Origin: an uncultured Gammaproteobacteria bacterium
GTDB lineage: Bacteria > Patescibacteriota > Microgenomatia > UBA8517
Length of the DNA: 62,536 nucleotides
Assembly (NCBI GenBank): GCA_964357925.1
Contig: CAYHMW010000004.1
Span: 1 to 62,536 of the forward strand
Reading direction: 5' to 3'
In this document: positions 44,997 through 57,000 of the stretch, piece by piece
How positions within the stretch are numbered: the first letter of the stretch is position 1
Layout of the letters: every line of letters begins with the position of its first letter
Notes under the pieces: generated by a model
Seen by the model: the letters and a program-made list of their open reading frames with translations, nothing else
What the model was told of the DNA's origin: nothing
The model's database searches: none
Made by a program: the position numbers and the translations under genes

Positions 44997-46700
44997 TCAC
45001 TGTAAACTAGCTTCCAACAAATTTCTACCTTTCATCTCAGGAGGTATCGGAAGTTCTAATAATCTCAATATAGTTGGGGCGACATCGTACAATGCTCCGC
45101 GGGGAAGGACGCGCGGGTTTCCTTCCCAGGCTTTATTAATCGCAATAAACGGCACAGGATTATTTGTATGGTCTGTATTAACGTCACCCGTTGTAGTAGT
45201 AAAGAAGAACGAAGTCTCAGCATAAGTAAGCATTGATTCAGCATTGCCGTGGTCAGCTGTAATTAATACTGTCCCATGGTGCTTGAGTACAGCTTCCACA
45301 ACCATTCCAATCGCACGGTCCAGGGCTTCAATTGCAACAATAGCCGCCGGAACACTCCCGCTGTGGGCTACCATGTCAGCATTTGCAAAGTTCGCGACCA
45401 AAAAACTGTACTTCCCTTTCGATAACGCATTTTTTATCTCATCGGTAACGCCAAAGACAGACATCTCAGGCCGCTTATCATATGTAGCAACTTTAGGGGA
45501 CGCTACAATTTTATATTCCTCTCCAGCAAAAGGACCTTCTCGAAGCCCATCAAAATAATACGTAACAAATCTTTCCTTCTCACTTTCAGACAAATGAATC
45601 TGAAGAAGCGAGTGCTCTGATATCACCTGCGCAAGTGGTTGCGCAACCACCTCCGGAGGATAAACTATTGCCCCAACAGGAAGACCCTTCTGGTATTCAG
45701 TCATCGTTACAAAAAAAACATTCTTCAGTCTTTTTTGGCGCTTAAACGTACTACCAAAGTCCACCTTCCCCTCCTTGTGAGCCGTATTAGGCTCAATTGG
45801 CTCATGTCCAAAATCGTACGATCGAAGTGTTTCAAAATCAGGTAAAACAAAGGCCATCGTCAGCTGTCTCGGTCTATCAATTCTAAAGTTAAAAAATATT
45901 ACAGCATCATTATCATCAATCGTTGCAACAGGCCGGCCATCTTCCGAAATCACAGTCGGCTCTATAAATTCATCGGTCTGCCCGATCGCGTACGAAGTAG
46001 TCACTGCTTCAAATGCGGAGTTAACTATCCTACCCTGTCCTAGAACCAATGCATTATAGGCACGCTCCGTCCTCTCCCACCTTCTATCACGATCCATTGC
46101 CCAATACCTCCCAGTAACACTTGCAATCCTCCCGGCACGATTAATGCGAAGCATCTCCTCCAATTCCTTAATCACATTCTCAGCATCATTCGGAGGCGAG
46201 TCCCTCCCATCAGTAAAGGCATGAATATAAAAGTTTGAAAAGTCAGAAGACTTACAAAACTGAATGATCGACTTCAAGTGGGGCAAGCTCGAGTGGACAT
46301 TGCCGTTCCCGACAAGCCCCATGATATGGAGCTTCGATCCATTCTGATTGGCATAACTTATAGCCTGTGCAATTGCTCGATTATCAAAAAAGCTCCCGTC
46401 GGCAATTGCCGAATTTATGCGCTTCAAATCTTGATTCATCGTGCGGCCAGCCCCAAGTGTCAGATGCCCAACCTCAGTATTCCCCACCTCATTCGCTGGC
46501 AAGCCCACTGATTCCCCCGAAGCAATAAGATCACAATGAGGGTAGGTTCGATAATACGAATCCATATTTGGTGTACGCGCATTAGAAATCGCATTCCCCT
46601 TATTCGGCGGCGCCAATCCCCACCCATCCAAGACCAGAAGCATTACAGGCCTCAAGCCATTTGAGCCAGAATTGTTCCTATTAAATAGATCAAAAAACAT
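44997..46700 (-). CDS. gpmI: 2,3-bisphosphoglycerate-independent phosphoglycerate mutase
   Basis: VLDGWG, NTEVGHLTLGAGR, ADHGNAE and other iPGM motifs. Confidence 0.9.
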   Translation of the reverse strand: MFFDLFNRNNSGSNGLRPVMLLVLDGWGLAPPNKGNAISNARTPNMDSYYRTYPHCDLIASGESVGLPANEVGNTEVGHLTLGAGRTMNQDLKRINSAIADGSFFDNRAIAQAISYANQNGSKLHIMGLVGNGNVHSSLPHLKSIIQFCKSSDFSNFYIHAFTDGRDSPPNDAENVIKELEEMLRINRAGRIASVTGRYWAMDRDRRWERTERAYNALVLGQGRIVNSAFEAVTTSYAIGQTDEFIEPTVISEDGRPVATIDDNDAVIFFNFRIDRPRQLTMAFVLPDFETLRSYDFGHEPIEPNTAHKEGKVDFGSTFKRQKRLKNVFFVTMTEYQKGLPVGAIVYPPEVVAQPLAQVISEHSLLQIHLSESEKERFVTYYFDGLREGPFAGEEYKIVASPKVATYDKRPEMSVFGVTDEIKNALSKGKYSFLVANFANADMVAHSGSVPAAIVAIEALDRAIGMVVEAVLKHHGTVLITADHGNAESMLTYAETSFFFTTTTGDVNTDHTNNPVPFIAINKAWEGNPRVLPRGALYDVAPTILRLLELPIPPEMKGRNLLEASLQ

Positions 46701-46701
46701 A

Positions 46702-47469
<768 letters not shown>

Positions 47470-47966
47470 TTACTACTTTTAAACTTGCAAAATGCAACGT
47501 CACAAAATACACCACATATACGGACATAATGTCAATTTACGGAAATAAAATATATTATTGCGGGTATTTCTAAATACTGCGGGTAACGCAAAACATAACT
47601 AACTATTAACCGCATTTTAAGTATACTTGCATGCAGAAAATTACAATATATACAAGAACACCATCCAAGGAACACTAAAGATTGCCAAACAAAACAACTA
47701 CTATTTCTCCTTCACCTAATCAAACCTAAAGGGTCCCAGATCACTTTAAAGTACTGATTCACCCTTATAAAACCCACGCTCAAATTTTATATATTCGATT
47801 TTATTAGCCTGGCAACAGTCGAATCGAATACTCTGCTTAACGACAGAATTTAATTACTGCATCAAACACCATCATAATTTGTGTAGTTACTTAACCGCAA
47901 TCGGTAATTATTTCTGCTTGACTTATGTGTCCAAATTTGGCTTAATGAATATATTAAATTAAGTTC

Positions 47967-47992
47967 AAAGTCCAAGTTAAAAAGTCCAAGTT
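47967..47992 (+). promoter_or_regulatory. 12-nt direct repeat (x2) about 20-45 nt upstream of the giant gene; candidate operator
   Basis: AAAGTCCAAGTT at 47967-47978 and again at 47981-47992. Confidence 0.3.
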
Positions 47993-48013
47993 TTAAATAT
48001 CCGAACTGCCCAA

Positions 48014-51000
48014 ATGACATATCTACCCAACAATACCCAAAACCAACCCTTAAGTATCCATGAAGCATCTGAATTTCTTGGCGTCTCAACTAAAACTCTC
48101 CGAAGGTGGGAAGCAAAAAAAGTTCTCGTCCCTGTTCGTACCGCTGGCGGCCACAGACGCTACAGTTTTAAAAAGCTTGTAGAATTCAAAAACAAAGGCG
48201 CCAAAAGTAAATCAAATACAACCTACGATTCATCAACAATCTTCCCCCCAAGCTTCGACGCACTCCCAACAGTTTCCTACTTCACAAAACCCCTGCCGGA
48301 AACCCAAACGTCGATTGAGCCTGTATTGCTTCCGCATTTAAAACCCCTCGAACCAAGCGAAGTACCAGGGGCAACTGATCTACTCAAAAATGCAATTTCC
48401 GCAACAATATTAACCTCACTCGTAGCCTTAGTCTTGGCTGGATTTTCTATTCTATTTACCGCAGTCAAAATCAACCTACCAAGCATCGGGGATGCGCAGC
48501 CCCGAGGCGATCGGAGTGAGCTTTTCGGGGCCAACCCCAACCAAGAGAACACAGTCATCCCGCACGAAGATGCGGGATCCAGAATTGAAAACGATGTATT
48601 GGCTGCCAGTTCCATTCTCCAAGATGTAAATCTCAACATTAACGTCCCCACAAACATCGATAATAGCTTTCGCGTCAGCGGCGCTTCAACCTTCGATGAC
48701 GACATTGCCTTAAACGGCACAAACGTCACATCTACCCAAGATGAAGTGAATCTCTTCATTGGCACTAGTCCAGGGACGATCAACATCGGCGGTGGAGCTT
48801 CAACCACAAGCATCGGTGGAATTGCAAATCTGGGAGGCAATTCTCTCATCTCCCCTGGCGATCTACTGATTGACCCGGGCGGAGGCGGCGTGTCCATAGG
48901 CACGGGAACTGCAAGTACCATCAATCTGGCAGGAGACGATTTTTTCGTTTCTGGGGACTTCGAAGTTGACGGCTCCCTTGTCGTCGGCAGCGATTCAATT
49001 ACTGACCTCACAGGTTCCGGTCTTCAAGTAAGCTCAGGTGCTCTCCAAGCAACCCTAGGTACCTCAATCACAACCGGCGAAATAGAAAACGACACAATCC
49101 TGGAAGTCGATTTGGATATCACAAACGATCCGACAGACAACTACATTCTAACCTACGATTCGGCAACAGCCGGCTTTACTTGGGTAGCATCAAGTGCCGC
49201 AGTAATCACAATCGAAAACAACGACACAGGGGTAGGCACAGATGTCACGACAATCGACTTCTCAACAGACTTCACAGTTGCAGCTTCCCCAGCAAGTGAA
49301 ACAAACGTTTCCATCGCAGACGATATATTAAGCTTTACAGAATTCAGTGACACCCTGACAGCAGAAGACGGTACAATCCTCGACCTCTCGTCAATCAATC
49401 ATTCAACAACAGCTATTGAAGGTATCAAACTACCGCAAAGTGCTCTCTCAAGCGGCCCGAGTTCTGGTGATGGCTTCTTGGCATTCGACACTGATGATAA
49501 TCAAGTCAAAGTTTGGTACTCTGGTGCCTGGAGCTCAATTGCCGGAGCCTCAACCACCCTCCAACAGTCCTACGCCAATGATGCCGATGGCTCAGACGCA
49601 ATAATCGCCCTTACAGCTGACGACGATTCCATAATCGTAAGAAACCCCAGCTCAAGTGGCACAGACTCTGGATACTTAATGAGCCTTGATCAGCTAAATA
49701 CAGGCAGCGTTGATGCTCTTCAAGTCAGCAATTCCGGCACCGGCGACAGTGTCCAGATAACAAATTCGTCAACTGGTTTAATAATGAACCTCGCGGCTTC
49801 CGGTTCAGGAACTACAGCAGATGGCATATTAATATCTCAAACAGGATCGGGAACGATCACTGACGCAATTGATCTAAGCGATGAAACGATCACAAACGCA
49901 CTAAACATCGGTGCGAATATAATCATAGGAACAACCGCTTCAATCGACTTCACCAACTTTGATGTTGCAACAACAGGTGCAATTACAACAGGTGCAGCAG
50001 GTCAAGATGGCCAACTCGTAATCTACAATGACCTGGCCACTGATAGAAGCATAACGATTAACCCAAGTTCCTCTCAGGGAGCAGACATCACCTATACACT
50101 CCCCCCAGATGATGGTGCAGCTGATAATTATGTGTTAACAACAGATGGCAGTGGAGTTCTCAATTGGGAAGCAGTTACGGGAGCAGGCGCTGTTGATGAG
50201 ACAGGAACAAACACATCCGGCCAAATAGCGTACTTTACAGACGACAACACTCTCACCTCTTCATCGAATTGGGTATTTGTAGACAGTCAAACAACAGGCA
50301 ACACACTCTCAGTAGCTGCAACGACTCTAACCACAGGTAACCTGCTTGATGGAACCGCAACCTATGTCGACGCAACAGGAGGGACAGATAGTGCAATTGA
50401 TATCAATCTAACTAATAATCCAGTAACCAACGCAAACACGCTCCGTGGCTTAGACATTGGTTTCACTGATGCAGGAAGCCTTGCAAACACAATTTATGGG
50501 GTATACATAGATGCAACAACAGCAAACTCTAGTGACACTACATATGCAGGAGTGCTTCTTGGCGGCAACGTAGGAATCAATGATGCCACTCCAGATGCCA
50601 GACTTGAGATTTTAGCTACAACTGAACAACTAAGACTCACCTACACCGACGGTACTGTTGATGCAAGATTTACCGTAGACAGTAGCGGCAATCTCAATAT
50701 AGACGTTACAGGAACCAAGACCATCATAACCGACGATCTTCAGGTAACAGGCAACGACATTCTAAGCTCAAGCGCCACGGCAGCCCTAACATTATCAGGA
50801 ACAGATGTCACAGTAGCAGGTGATTTGACAGTTTCAGGCGGAGACATCATCGGCATCGCAACCACCAATCTCCTAAATACTGCCTCCACAACCATAAACT
50901 TCGCCTCTGCAGCCACCACTCTAAACATGGCAGACGCCGCAATCACAGGGACAATCGATATTGGAGGCGTCACAAGCGATGGCACAAGCACTATAAATAT

Positions 51001-54000
51001 CGCAACAAACGGTGCTGCTAACGCAGATGTTATAACAATTGGTAATTCAAATGCAGGAACAACACTTGCCTTGACAGGTGGAGATGACTGGAATATATCA
51101 ACAACTGGCATACTAACTCTTTCTGCATCAGCTGCACAAACCAGTGCAATAGTGGCCACAGATACCGACTACACAAACTTCGCAGATATCGGCGACAACG
51201 ATATAACAGGGACCACGTTCGATATCATTGGAACAACAGGAACAATTAACTTAACATACTTCGACGTATCGGCAACCGGTGCGATCACAACAGGAGGGGC
51301 CACCCAAGATGGCCAATTTATAATCTACAATGACCTTGCGACAGACCGCACAATCACCATAAACCCAAGCTCCTCCCAGTCTCTAGATATCACCTACACC
51401 CTTCCACCAGATGATGGCGGAGCTGACAATTATGTGTTGACTACAGATAGTACGGGAGTCCTAAACTGGGAAGCTATAACAGGAGCAGGTGGAGTTGGCG
51501 GCTCTGGCACTCAAAACGCGCTAGCCAAATTCACAGTCACTGGCAACACTATTGGAGACTCAAGTATCACCGACGATGGCACTACAGTAACTCTCTCAAC
51601 TGACGTCTCCTTAAGTTTAGGAGCGGGCGAAGAAGTCTCCCTTTCAAACACCGGTGCAAACTCTGATCAACTATCACTCTCCGTATCAGGAGTAACTACA
51701 ACTGGGATTGACGCATTATCACTTTCCTTCACCCAGGCAGACGACATCGACGCAACCGACGACAACGCAGCCGCACGAATCGCACTTACATCCTCCTCCA
51801 CTCAAGCGGATCTCCTATATGGAATCGACTTGGCAAATATCACGGCAGGAGCAGCGACAGAGACCGCTCTAAGAATTGGCTCTGGCTTTGATAATCTATT
51901 CGAACTTGAAGGCTCAACAAATGACGGCATAGAACTATTTGTTCAACTAACAGATCCAACTAGTACCGACAAAACAATAACATTCCCTAACGACACAGGA
52001 ACAGTCTGTCTCAGTTCAGGCAACTGTGCAGGTGGATCAGGAGGCAGTAAATGGACCGATAGTGGTGTAATCACCTACTTCACAGCCTACACAACAGACG
52101 ATGTCGCAATTGGTGATACCACAAGCGCCTCTGAATTCTACTTTGATATTTTGAGCACAGATAGCGGCCAACTATCGATGAACCCAAGCTCAGTTGGAAC
52201 AAAGATCGACATCAATCTTGAAACTGAATGGACTAGCGGGACCCTAATCAACGCAGACTTCGGAAGTAGCACCACACAAGGGGCTGACCTAGACATAACC
52301 GGCTTGGTGCTTAATCTTAATACTAATCTAACCGCAAACGCTGATGCGGACGTGACGGGAATAAATGTCCAAACCCCAGTCTTAACCTCCACAGAAGCCG
52401 TAACTACAAATTACTCTGTATACAATAATTCCGCCTCAGGGGCTCTTACTCAAAACACAGCTGCAGGAACAATTAATTGGCGAGGGCTAAATCTCACTAT
52501 GCCCAATATTACAGCGACGACTGGCACCATTACATCTGATGGCGTCAGAGTAGCAAACGGGACAATCACCACAGGGGGCACACAATCTCTCTTCCATGCC
52601 ATAACAACTGGCGTCGGAGCAGGAACACTTTACGGCCTAAATATTGACGGCATCACAGCAAGTGGTGGCACAGAACAAGCAATCGCTATCGGCGCAGGCT
52701 GGGACACTGACATAAACGCAACAACTTCTCTCGAAATTGGCATCGGTGGAGCCAACGAGTTAACACTAACTGCAACAGCTCTAGCTCCATCGACTGATTC
52801 AGGGCAAGATCTCGGCACCTCAAGTCTTCAATTTGCAGATCTCTATCTTGATGGTGGAAATGTGAATATCGATAACGCAACAGACATTGATATAGATGAC
52901 AATGTATCAGGTGCTCTTTCTATATCACAAGGTACCAATGACTATATAAATATAACAACAACAGACACGACTACTACATTTCTAATTGACATGCCCGTTG
53001 CCGGATCAAGCTCAACCACGGCAAACCTATTCACCTCAAATCTCACAAAAACAATAAATATAGGAACAGGGACAGACGGCGACACAATTAATCTAGGGGA
53101 TGGAACAGGCACAAACGCAATTGATATTGGCGGGGTGGGAAACTCTGGAACAGACACTATAAACATCTCAACCGAAGCTACAGCGTCCGATGTCATTACT
53201 ATTGGCAACTCCCACGCCTCTACAACCCTGGCTCTCACCGGTGGTGATGATTGGAGCATAAGTACGGCTGGGCTCGGCATATTCAGCCAGGTTGGTATAG
53301 GTACCACTGCTCCTGATGCAGCTCTTGAGATTAACCATGCAACAGGAGATAGCTTGAGGTTGACATATAACGATGCAAATGGCTCTGCTGCTGATTACAC
53401 AGACTTCTCTCTAAGTTCAACCGGTGCACTCACCTTGACTGGATCTGCAGCAACACTGGCAGCCAGCGCAACAGCAGAGAAAACATTCTTGACCCTAACC
53501 CCAGGAACAATAACCTTAACCGCTCCAACAGCCGTGACATCTTTGATGGAAACCTCAGTGATAACAGGGGCAACAATTGCAGCAAATGCAGCAACCACAG
53601 TGGATAAGGCAACAACACTGTCTCTGGTAGCACCAATTGACAGTACTAATGCAACACTAACTGCAGACTCAGCTCTCCGAATATTAAATGTAACCTCTGG
53701 TGCAGGTACCCTCACAACTCAGTATGGATTGTTTGTAGAGGACCTAACAGCAGGAGCAAGCGACTACGGCATCTACATTGCAGGCGCTGATACCTACTCT
53801 CTATATACAGCAGCCGGGTCAGTGAGCCATCTCTTTGAAGCAGCAGAAGGCCTTGTCCTCGATTCAGAAGCAACTGATTCAACCGGCACAGCTGGAGTAA
53901 TTGATCTTGATCTTGATGCCACAAGCTCACAGCAAGCCATTAACCTCGATATTGAAACCATAGCTGATGCAGGAGTAGATACTTTGATTGGTTTGGATAT

Positions 54001-57000
54001 ATTAGCAACGCAGACCTCCACAGACGATGATGTCGTCTACGGGATGAGAGTCCAAAACCTCGGAGGGACTCCTGATGCTGGTAACGAATATGGCATCTAC
54101 CAAGCAGGCATAAGCTGGGACTATGGACTATATGTAGAAGATGCAGCACTTTTCAACACAACTGCCGTAATCAACGGAACGTATCTTGGACTTGACTACG
54201 ATGCAGATGCAGGAAATGTAATATCGGTTGGAACCGGGCCCGAACAATCAACAGGGTCGCTATTCTGGGGCAATGACTTACTTTGCGATCCGGCACTAAC
54301 TAACTGCGGCTGGGCAACTTCAGCCAGCTCTCCTTTTACCCAATCAGGAGCTGATCCGAATGAGATTATTGATAAAAGCGATCTTACAGCCAGACTGAGA
54401 CTCCAATATGGTGATGCAGGAGATATCCAACTTGAAATTGACTCAACAAGTAACACAATTGTCCCCACAGCAGATGCGGTCTCGATTGATTTAAGCTCAG
54501 GAGCCACAAACACAGGAATCATAACAGCAGATGTTGATGGACTCTACTTGGTCATGGAAGCAGGTAATATAGTTGCAGATGGAGCAATCTCAGGGGTCCA
54601 CATTAACTTTGATCCAATCACAGGTGGTGGTGCAGGAGATCTGTTCTACGGATTAAACATTGATGGCATCACAGCAACAGGTGCAACTGAGGCAGCCATC
54701 AATATTGGCTCAGGCTGGGATACAGGCATCGCCATTTCATCAGCCATCGCTGGTGAAGCACTTGATCTAACGAGTGTTGCGGGCATCAGGACAACCGCCC
54801 TCATTGATCTCAACGAAAACAATACAACAGGAACTGTTCCAACCATCCAATGGGATAGTGCCGCAGATACCACAAGGGGTGGATTCATGGACATCAACCT
54901 TGCAGGTGCTCTTGCTACTGAAAACTTAATTGACCTAACAACCTCAGCCGCCTGGACCAGTAACCTACTCGATATCAACCTAGGAGCTGGCATCTCAACT
55001 GGCAATGTCATGGATATAACCTTTGGAACTGCAGCCCACACAGGTAATGCCATTGATCTAAACATGGGAACCAATGTGGCAGGCCAAGCCATCGATATTA
55101 ATTTGACAGGTGCAAGGACAGATGACGGCATCAACATTGATGATGATTCAACAGGCAATACTCCCATTCTTGACATGAACATTAGTGGAGTGCGAACGGG
55201 CAATGCCATCGATATTACATATGCAACTGCCGCCGCCACAGAGAATGCCATTGATCTAAATATGGGCACCAATGTGGCAGGAGATGCCATAAACATCAGT
55301 GCCGCCGCTACAACCGGAGATTCAATTGACATTACTCCCGGTGCAGCCAGGACTTCAGGTGCTGCTCTCAAGATTACAGACGGTTCCCTAGCAGCTGCAG
55401 TCACCGACGCCCTCATCCAACTCGACATCACAGGAACATCAGACACCAACAGCCTTGATTTTGACATCTCAGGAGGCAGCGCAGTCTCCGGTAACCAGCT
55501 TGACATCACCTACTCAAGTGCAGCCCACACAGGTAATGCCATTGACCTCAACATGGGCACCAATGTGGCAGGAAACGCTCTTGCCATCGCTACCGCCGGT
55601 ACCACGACTGGCCGCGCTATTGAAATCATTTCTGATGGTACTATTGTGGACTCACTCATCGATGTGGATATGAATTCGGGTGATTGGCAAGGCAACATTT
55701 TGGAAGTCACCACCGGCGGCTCTGCTTCTGACGGTGACGTGTTTAACATTACTTTGGAAGCTCTCGATGTTGCTGTACAAAATATGGTGGTAACAAACGC
55801 CGCCGCTACAACTGCAGCAGGATGGCTCATGGATGTCGATACTTCAGCTGCCTGGACTGGCATTGCCATGGATATTGATATTGCTGGTGCCGTCATCTCA
55901 ACTGGTAACTTCCTGGATGTCACCTACTCAAGTGGAGCTCACACAGGTAATGCATTCGACTTAAACATGGGTACAAACGTGGCAGGTAATGCAATTGACA
56001 TAGCAACTGCAGCCACAACTGGTAATGCAATCGACATAACAACAACCGGGGTCTTCACCAACGAACTCATCGATATCAATGTAGGAGCCAATGCTGCCAC
56101 AGGCGATGTAATTAATATAGATATGGGCTCAACGGCCACTGGTGCCCAAGCCTTTGTTCTAACTAACACCTCAGCCTCAACAGTCAACCAAGTTGACTTA
56201 ACAGCCAACTCACTCGTTAGTGGCAATCTAATTGACCTAAACTCCACCTCAACAGGGCTAACAACAGGAAGCTTCATATCATCGTCATTCACAGGTAATT
56301 CAACCTTCACTGGAGACCTAAACTACTTTGAATGGGCACCAACCACCTCGACAACTGCCAGTGGCGATATCTTCCAAATAAACATCGGTACAAGTGGCAC
56401 CACAACAGGCAAGCTTTTCCGTGTCAGCGATACAGGCAGTGACTTATTCGCCATAAGCGAGACAACTATCACAAGCGCTCTTCCTCACGAATTCACAGCC
56501 GCAGGAGACCTAAGCGTCGCCTACGATATCGCCTTTACAAATCAGACAGCCAGCTACATCAAATCAAACGGCCCAGTAACAATCGAGGCAGGCGAGTCTT
56601 TTGAGAGCAATAACCTTACACTCAAAACCTACAACTCAGGCGATATCGTCTTTGACGTTCCAGCAACCGGAACAGCAATTGTACAGGGAGCATTCTCAGT
56701 TGATTCTCAACAAACTTTAACTGCGAATAGTACCACTCCCTCAGTTGCTGCCGGTTCGCACTTTATAACTGCAAATACCTCTGATCCTACTCTTATATCT
56801 AATTTTACAAGTGGAACCACAGGTCAAATGATTTTCGTTGAAGCGGGGGATGCAGTAACAGATTTTGATTGTACTGCTTCTAGTCTGAACTGCGGCAATG
56901 CAGATATTACCGCAGTTACTGCTGGAGACACATTCAATTTTATATACGATGGAACCAATTGGAACATGATTAGCTGGATAGATAACGGCACCAGCTATGC

